DNA of 64,000 nucleotides from Gemmatimonadota bacterium (GTDB taxonomy: Bacteria > Gemmatimonadota > Gemmatimonadetes > Palauibacterales > Palauibacteraceae): positions 31,600 to 95,599 of the forward strand of contig JBDHAC010000018.1 of assembly GCA_039588275.1 (NCBI GenBank), given 5' to 3'. A program made the position numbers and the translations under genes. Positions 58,242-64,000 of the stretch are shown one piece after another (position 1 is the stretch's first letter; each line of letters starts with the position of its first letter). The notes under the pieces are model-generated. The model worked only from the letters and a program-made list of their open reading frames with translations, was not told where the DNA came from and searched no databases.

Positions 58242-61186
58242 CTCGACGCCGCGGGAGTCATTCGCCACACCGCCAGCTCGTGCGTATGGATCGGCTGCGC
58301 CATCAGGTTCACGCCGGGGTTCGCCGCGCGGTATGCGCGAGTCACGGCCTGGGCCGCCTCATCGATCCGGTAGCGTTCGTACGCGGCCTCGGCCCGCCTC
58401 GCCTCGTCCTCCCGTCCCAGCGCGCGCAGGCTGAGCATGCGGTGGTAATGCGCGACCCGATCCTCGGGGTCGATCTCCAGGACGCGAGCCAGCGCGTGAA
58501 GCGCCTCCTCGTAGCGTCGATCCAGGTAGAGCGTGCGCCCCAATTGGCGCCATGCACCGCGGTCGCTCGGGAAGTCCTCTAGAACCCGCTCGAAGGCCTG
58601 CGCGGATTCGGGATACCGGCCGTCTTCCTGCAGGACTCCCCCCCACACCCACGCGGAACGGGCGTCGCCGGGACGGATTCCCTCAGCCCGCTGGAGTGCC
58701 TCGTACGCGGCCTGGAGGTTGCCGTTAGCGAGGGCTACGCGAGCCAGGTTGAGCGGGCCGTCCACCCGGTCCGGCTGGAGTGCCGTCACACGCTGAAACG
58801 GCTCCACCGCCGCCTGTGTATTGCCCTCCAGAAGGAGGGCGATGCCGTAGTCATTGTAGCGCTCCCAGTCCTCCTGATCGGCGGCCGAGGGCGCGGGACG
58901 TGGAATCGCCCCGCTGGAGCCCAGAACATTCAGCTCTACCTCGGTCGCGGCGATCTCGGTAACCGGAAGCACCGGTGTGGCCGTGAAGCGCTTGAAGCCG
59001 TCGGGGTTCTCCCTGAACGCGAACTCCGTGTACTCACGATCGAATTTCCTCCAAAGCAGCCTCGCCTCGAGCTTCACGCGCCGGCCCGCGAGCTCCCGCG
59101 GCACGGTGAACGCGTAGTGAGCCAGGTCCGCCGTGCCGGGCCCGATGAGATTGGCTGCGGCGGTCACATGGATGTCCTGTGCGTTCCGCTTCTGGATGCG
59201 GGCGCCGGTGGAATCCAGGACGACGGCTTTGTACGCGTGCGCGAACGGGTCCAGGCGACGGTCCTCAAGCAGCGCACCGCTGATCGCGAGGAGTCGGCCC
59301 TCCTCGTCGAGCACGCTGAACTCGAGCCAACCCTCGTTCGAGTCGTTCGTGCCGCCCGGAAAGGTGTGCCCCACCCCACGGTTCCTCACCACTACGTCCA
59401 CCAGAACCCGTCCCCCGGGGCGCAGTACGGGCCGCACGCGTTCCGGGGCGAAGACCGGCTCGGAAGACTCGCCGACGCGCAGGGCGAAGATGTCGACCGA
59501 CAGCTTGTCCTCACGCAGGAAGGCCTCGATGCGGCGAAGCGTGGCCGTGTCGCCCCGCACGAATGGGAGCGCCGTGTTTACGGCGAGAAACCGGTGCGAG
59601 CGAACCAGCCCGTCCTCCGCTGCCAGGTCGCCGAGCGGCGCCGGAACGGGCGGCATGTGGCAGTCCTGGCAGACTCGGGCCTCCGTGGGCAGGTAGAAGG
59701 TCCTGGACGCGTTCCGCGACACGCCGCTGTCATGCCAATTGTCATATTCGTCCTGCCCTCGGAGCCAGCGGTAGTCGTTGAGGGGCTCGGTGAGGCTGAC
59801 CTTGTGACAGGTAGCGCAGAACTCGGACGTCCCGAAGAACTCCTGGCGCATCTGTCGCATGTGCACGGTCGGCTTCGCCTTGATCGCCGCGTCGTGCAGG
59901 AAGGCTCGCAAGGACCCCTCTTCGGCTGAGGCGAACAGATACGGATCCTCCTGCTCATCGGCGATGTTGTAGTTGCCGTTCCCCGTCACGTCGTGGATCT
60001 GGTCGATCGCATGACAGGCCAGACACGTGATCCCGGCCTGTGCCTCGACGCTCCCACGATCGATCGGGGCGTGCATCGTCCCCGCCAACATCAGCGCCTG
60101 GTCGTGGCACCCGCTACACCATTTGCTCTTGACCCGGCCGACCGCATCCTGCGGCACGCCGAACTCCCGCAGGTGCCGAGCTACCGGTTCGGTCGCGGGG
60201 GCCGGGGTCTCGCGAAGGTCGTTAACGGTGGCTTCGTAGAACGGGTTGTTGAACGAGGAGAAGCGGTGCGCGGACGATTCCCACTGCTCCGTGACATCGG
60301 GGTGACAGCGGGCGCAGGTCTCCGCCCCGATCGCCGTCTCGGACGCGAATCCGTCGCGCTCCACCTCGCCTCGCACCGCGTCCGGCACCGAGTCATCGCT
60401 CCCGCGCGTGATGATCCGAGCCGGCAGGTAGGTCCCCGACGTGGTCGTGGCGGGGGACGGGAAGAAGGGGCTTCCGGGCGGGACGAACCCACGCGGGACG
60501 AAGACGTCGCTCGCGTCGGCATGCCTCGAGACATCTCGCGCTTTGCCCCCGGGACCCGCCCCCAGCCCGAGCTCCATCGCAGCCCGCGCTTCGGGAGTGA
60601 GCCGCACGTCGCGTCGGGTCAGTCCGTGGATCGCGATCAGGATCAGGAGACCCGCCCCGACGCCGATGGCGAAGCGGCGAACCCGTCCCGCGGGTGGACG
60701 CGTGTAGCTCACCCAGCGGTGGGTCGCGTACCCGAGGGGGATCAGCGCGGCGCACATCACGTGGATCCACCACGCCCAGCGGTGATCGCGCGTGGCCGCC
60801 GCGGTCAGGATGAACAGGCCTGTCACGACGAGCACGATCGCGACGGTCACGAACCCGACGCCCGAGAGGATGGAAGCCCGGTGACGCCGTTTCCAGACGA
60901 CGCTCAGATGGGTCGAGAAGAAAACGAGCGCCAGCGACGCGAGAAGCAGTCCGAGCCCGGTGTGGGTCAACACCATCGCCTGGAACAGCTTTGGGAGAGA
61001 GGTCTCACCGACGGCGAAGAAGCTCCATCCGAGCCCATCCGCGGCGCGGTTCGCCAACAGGTACAGCGTGTTCGCGAGCATGACGACCCCGACTCCGAGC
61101 AGCGCGCGGAGCAGGATCCGTAACCAGCGCGGGAGGATCGAGGGGAGTGCCCGTCGACCCTCTCCGGGGTGTGTAACGCCGCTCAT
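58238..61186 (-). CDS. Membrane-anchored multiheme c-type cytochrome with C-terminal TPRs
   Basis: About 5 N-terminal TM helices with His pairs; five CxxCH motifs (CARCH, CSGCH, CLACH, CATCH, CQDCH); C-terminal TPR repeats. Confidence 0.85.
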   Translation of the reverse strand: MSGVTHPGEGRRALPSILPRWLRILLRALLGVGVVMLANTLYLLANRAADGLGWSFFAVGETSLPKLFQAMVLTHTGLGLLLASLALVFFSTHLSVVWKRRHRASILSGVGFVTVAIVLVVTGLFILTAAATRDHRWAWWIHVMCAALIPLGYATHRWVSYTRPPAGRVRRFAIGVGAGLLILIAIHGLTRRDVRLTPEARAAMELGLGAGPGGKARDVSRHADASDVFVPRGFVPPGSPFFPSPATTTSGTYLPARIITRGSDDSVPDAVRGEVERDGFASETAIGAETCARCHPDVTEQWESSAHRFSSFNNPFYEATVNDLRETPAPATEPVARHLREFGVPQDAVGRVKSKWCSGCHDQALMLAGTMHAPIDRGSVEAQAGITCLACHAIDQIHDVTGNGNYNIADEQEDPYLFASAEEGSLRAFLHDAAIKAKPTVHMRQMRQEFFGTSEFCATCHKVSLTEPLNDYRWLRGQDEYDNWHDSGVSRNASRTFYLPTEARVCQDCHMPPVPAPLGDLAAEDGLVRSHRFLAVNTALPFVRGDTATLRRIEAFLREDKLSVDIFALRVGESSEPVFAPERVRPVLRPGGRVLVDVVVRNRGVGHTFPGGTNDSNEGWLEFSVLDEEGRLLAISGALLEDRRLDPFAHAYKAVVLDSTGARIQKRNAQDIHVTAAANLIGPGTADLAHYAFTVPRELAGRRVKLEARLLWRKFDREYTEFAFRENPDGFKRFTATPVLPVTEIAATEVELNVLGSSGAIPRPAPSAADQEDWERYNDYGIALLLEGNTQAAVEPFQRVTALQPDRVDGPLNLARVALANGNLQAAYEALQRAEGIRPGDARSAWVWGGVLQEDGRYPESAQAFERVLEDFPSDRGAWRQLGRTLYLDRRYEEALHALARVLEIDPEDRVAHYHRMLSLRALGREDEARRAEAAYERYRIDEAAQAVTRAYRAANPGVNLMAQPIHTHELAVWRMTPAASR

Positions 61187-61232
61187 GCCGTCGGGCGGGG
61201 GGCACTGGAAACCATGGACGGCCTGATACGCC

Positions 61233-61694
61233 CTAGCCCTTGTCCTGCAGGTCCGCGGTCCAACGAACCTCGATCGCGCCGCTCAAGGATTGCGCCGTGG
61301 GACATTTCGACTGGTGGCGCTCGAGCGCGCGCTCCACGGTCTCGCGCGCCTCGGGGGGAATACGAAGCGTGTAATGGACGACGACTTCGGTCAGAACCGG
61401 GACACCCTCACGGATACGGTTGATCCCTTCCACGTCCACCCGGATATCTTCTGGGTCCAAGAGGATCCCGCGCACTTCCAGTGCGCCGTTCAGCGTACCG
61501 AGCATTCAGCCGCCCGTGGCCGCCACCTGGTAGTCGACCGGCAGCGGAAGGTCTTTCGCATCGAGCCTGTAATGCGCCTTCACCTCACCATGCACGCCCA
61601 TATCGAACTCGGTGCCGTCGGCGAGCGTGGCGCGGCGGTGGACGCCTTCTATCTTCGCGACCCTGGCACGCGCGACGTAGAACGGTTCCGACAT
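61233..61694 (-). CDS. OsmC/Ohr-family protein, probable selenoprotein (UGA = Sec at codon 63; 153 aa)
   Basis: ORFs 61506-61694 and 61233-61505 are in frame and separated only by TGA. The join reads 'PVDYQVAATGG-U-MLGT', with a second Cys in 'HQSKCP'. A SECIS-like hairpin follows. Confidence 0.82.
61470..61486 (-). promoter_or_regulatory. Candidate bacterial SECIS hairpin GCGCACU-GGA-AGUGCGC
   Basis: Perfect 7-bp stem starting 19 nt after the UGA, with a G-initiated apical loop. Confidence 0.6.
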
Positions 61695-61826
61695 GAGTCC
61701 TCCGGTGTTCGCGATCCCTTTGCGGCAGCCCCACAGAGCACCCCATCTTCAGCCGCCGACCAATCTAGACGAGCTTTGGAGGCGATCCAAACGACGGGCG
61801 CACCCCGTAACCCTGAGCGAGGTCAG

Positions 61827-63632
61827 ATGCGACACGGAAGGTGCCGCAATCGTCACGTGCCAACCGGCATTTGGTTGTTGGCGTGCACGTTCGGCTGCGT
61901 CGGGGACACGACCGACGGGACGTCGAGCTCCGACCCGCCTCGAGGACCGCTGGCCGACCTCGCCGACCGCTATTGGGAGTTCCGTCTCGAATCCGATCCG
62001 TTCACCGGCACCTACCTCGGCGACGCGCGCTTCGACGACCGAGTCGCCGACATCACGCCGGCCGGGCAGGCCTCGCAGAGGACGCGGGTGTCAGGGTTCC
62101 TCGAAGAGCTCCTCGCGGTCGATGCCGCGGCCCTGACCGGACAGGATCGAGTCACCCACCTGGCGTTCGAGGAGGAGCTTCGAAGCGAGATCGCTCGCCA
62201 GACGTGCGGAGAGCCCGAGTGGACCGTGAACTACCGCAACGGCCCGCACGTGGCATTTCTGAACATCGCGGCCGTCCAGCCGACCCGGGCCCCGGAGGAC
62301 GGGGATCGCCTGCTGCAGCGCTGGAGGGCGATGGGTGACTACCTGGACGATTGGATCGCCAACCTTCGGGCGGGGCGAGAGCGCGGCCTGACGCCTCCGC
62401 TCGTGGGCGTGCAACACACCCTCTCGCAGCTCGAGACGCTGCTGGCACAGCCCGTCGGGAACTGGCCGCTTCTCTCCCCCGCCAGACGACCGCTGGAGGG
62501 TTGGAGCGAGCCCGAGCGAGAGCGATTCCGCAGCGAGCTCCGTGGAACCGTCGACGAGTACGTTCGACCGGCGTATGTCCGGCTGCGAGATTTCCTCCGG
62601 GATGAGCTGTCCACCGTCGCCAGGACCGGCGACAAGATCGGCGTATCGGCGCTCCCGGCCGGGGAAGCTTGTTATCAGGCACTCATTCGGGCCTTCACCA
62701 CACTGGAGCTGACGCCGAGCCAGATCCACCAGATCGGGCTGAACCAGGTGGCCGAGGTCCGAGCGGATCTGGAAGTCATCGGGGAGAGCATCTTCGGCAC
62801 CCGCGACCTGGGCGAGATCCAGCGTCGCGTGCGTGCGGACCCTGCGATGCACTTCGAGACCGCCAGTGAGATCGTGCGGGTCGCGGAGGAGGCAACCGAG
62901 CGCGGCCGAGCCGTGATGGCGGAGTGGTTCGGGCGCCTGCCCAGGGCAGAGATGGAAGTGCGCGAGGTCCCGGATTACGAGGCGCCCTACCAGACGGTCG
63001 CCTACTATCGGCAGCCGGCGGCCGACGGATCGAGACCGGGTACCTATTTCGTCAACACGTATCGTCCGGAGACGCGGACGCGGTACGAGGCCGAGGCTCT
63101 AGCCTTCCACGAGGGCATTCCCGGCCACCATTTCCAGATCGCCATCGCGCAGGAATTGACCGAGCTCCCGGATTTTCGAAGGCACGTGGGACCCGAGGCG
63201 TTCCTGGAGGGCTGGCCTCTCTACGCCGAGAGCCTGGCGAACGAAATGGGACTGTACACCGGGGAGCTGGACCAGCTCGGCCGACTGTCGTTCGAAGCGT
63301 GGCGGGCGAGTCGCCTGGTCGTCGACACGGGGATCCACGCTTTCGGGTGGACCCGCGAGCAGGCAGTGGATTACCTGCGTGAGAACACGCTTCTGGCCGA
63401 AGCCAACGTCCAGATCGAAGTGGATCGGTATACGGTGTGGCCCGCACAAGCGCTGTCGTACAAGCTCGGTCAGCTCGAGATTCTCCGGCTACGCGAGGAG
63501 GCGCGCGAAAGGCTGGGCGACAAGTTCCGAATCCAGGACTTCCACGACCGGGTCCTGGAGAACGGTGCCGTCAGCCTCTCCACGCTCGGCGATGTCATCG
63601 AGCGTTGGATCGTGGTCCGGGAGAGTTCCTGA
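61827..63632 (+). CDS. DUF885-family lipoprotein (metallopeptidase-like)
   Basis: Lipobox-like 'TFGC', 'AYY', 'HEGIPGHHFQ', 'EGWPLYAE', 'RLVVDTGIH', 'QALSYKLG', 'FHD'. Confidence 0.88.
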   Translation: MRHGRCRNRHVPTGIWLLACTFGCVGDTTDGTSSSDPPRGPLADLADRYWEFRLESDPFTGTYLGDARFDDRVADITPAGQASQRTRVSGFLEELLAVDAAALTGQDRVTHLAFEEELRSEIARQTCGEPEWTVNYRNGPHVAFLNIAAVQPTRAPEDGDRLLQRWRAMGDYLDDWIANLRAGRERGLTPPLVGVQHTLSQLETLLAQPVGNWPLLSPARRPLEGWSEPERERFRSELRGTVDEYVRPAYVRLRDFLRDELSTVARTGDKIGVSALPAGEACYQALIRAFTTLELTPSQIHQIGLNQVAEVRADLEVIGESIFGTRDLGEIQRRVRADPAMHFETASEIVRVAEEATERGRAVMAEWFGRLPRAEMEVREVPDYEAPYQTVAYYRQPAADGSRPGTYFVNTYRPETRTRYEAEALAFHEGIPGHHFQIAIAQELTELPDFRRHVGPEAFLEGWPLYAESLANEMGLYTGELDQLGRLSFEAWRASRLVVDTGIHAFGWTREQAVDYLRENTLLAEANVQIEVDRYTVWPAQALSYKLGQLEILRLREEARERLGDKFRIQDFHDRVLENGAVSLSTLGDVIERWIVVRESS

Positions 63633-63690
63633 GCGTTCGGATTCGATCGGACCTGGCCGCGATGACGTCGCGGCGTCGACGGATGACGAT

Positions 63691-63727
63691 GCAGAAAGGG
63701 GCGACCGCTGGGGTCGCCCCTTCTTGC
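63691..63727. terminator. Bidirectional hairpin terminator between convergent genes
   Basis: AAGGGGCGACC-GCTGG-GGTCGCCCCTT 11-bp stem with A/T-rich flanks. Confidence 0.65.
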
Positions 63728-63802
63728 TGAATCGGCTTTCGGTTCCCTGGGTCGGCCGGGCCCGCGGCGAGCGAGCGCCGCCGCGTTCCTCTCGCGTATT
63801 GC

Positions 63803-64000
63803 CTAGGCGTCTTCCTCGTGCACGGCACCCATCCGGCGCTGGCGCAGCCGCGCTCCCGCATACCCGAGGAGGCCGATCCCGACCAACGTCGTGCTGATCG
63901 GCTCGGGCACTTCGCCCATGCCGGGATCGCCCCCATCGGGGCCGCCCGGCAATGGGCCACCGGTATCGCCACCGTCACCGGTGTTGCCGTCGCCACCGGT
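63803..64000 (-). CDS. C-terminus of a PEP-CTERM sorting-signal protein; 5' end lies outside the window
   Basis: Manual translation gives a G/D/T-rich linker, then 'VPEPISTTLVGIGLLGYAGARLRQRRMGAVHEEDA*'. It is not in the supplied ORF track. Confidence 0.85.
   Translation of the reverse strand, partial: TGGDGNTGDGGDTGGPLPGGPDGGDPGMGEVPEPISTTLVGIGLLGYAGARLRQRRMGAVHEEDA

Noticed and set aside
61290..61826. N-terminal 179-aa extension of the DUF885 ORF
   Set aside because: It overlaps the OsmC gene antisense. The lipoprotein signal starts at ATG 61827.

Overview
This is a gene-dense, very GC-rich bacterial chromosome segment with about 44 CDS. The gene style suggests Gemmatimonadota, but that is inference only. 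I saw no rRNA, tRNA, CRISPR array or mobile element. Left to right it holds: the 3' end of a putative synthase-dependent exopolysaccharide locus (GT2, TPR-glycoside hydrolase, TPR-beta-barrel with an apparent frameshift); a serine hydrolase; an Lhr helicase; egtB; an NhaP-type antiporter; an aminotransferase, an HD protein and a DUF4153-like membrane protein; two amidohydrolases; a PA0069 radical SAM protein; an AAMDC-like protein; PDZ and SPFH proteins; a PAS-GGDEF(degenerate)-EAL protein; an ABC pair and YIP1; a LOG protein; a beta-CASP hydrolase; a degenerate H-NOX; an AddAB-like pair; an ECF sigma/anti-sigma locus, with four DUF4097 proteins in the window; Rid and EamA proteins; a DUF885 lipoprotein; and the C-terminus of a PEP-CTERM protein. 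Four observations stand out. (1) An OsmC-family gene has an in-frame UGA at the catalytic Cys position followed by a SECIS-like hairpin, so it is probably a selenoprotein split by the ORF track. (2) That gene lies directly upstream of a translationally coupled operon encoding a membrane cytochrome with possible b-heme His pairs, five CxxCH motifs and TPRs, plus two CRTAC1/ASPIC-UnbV lipoproteins, which could be an uncharacterised envelope redox system. (3) A CAACC-N17-nTCnnA motif recurs upstream of the ECF sigma gene and several envelope genes, suggesting a regulon. (4) The AddB-like protein lacks the Fe-S staple cysteines, and its AddA partner carries a beta-clamp-type motif.
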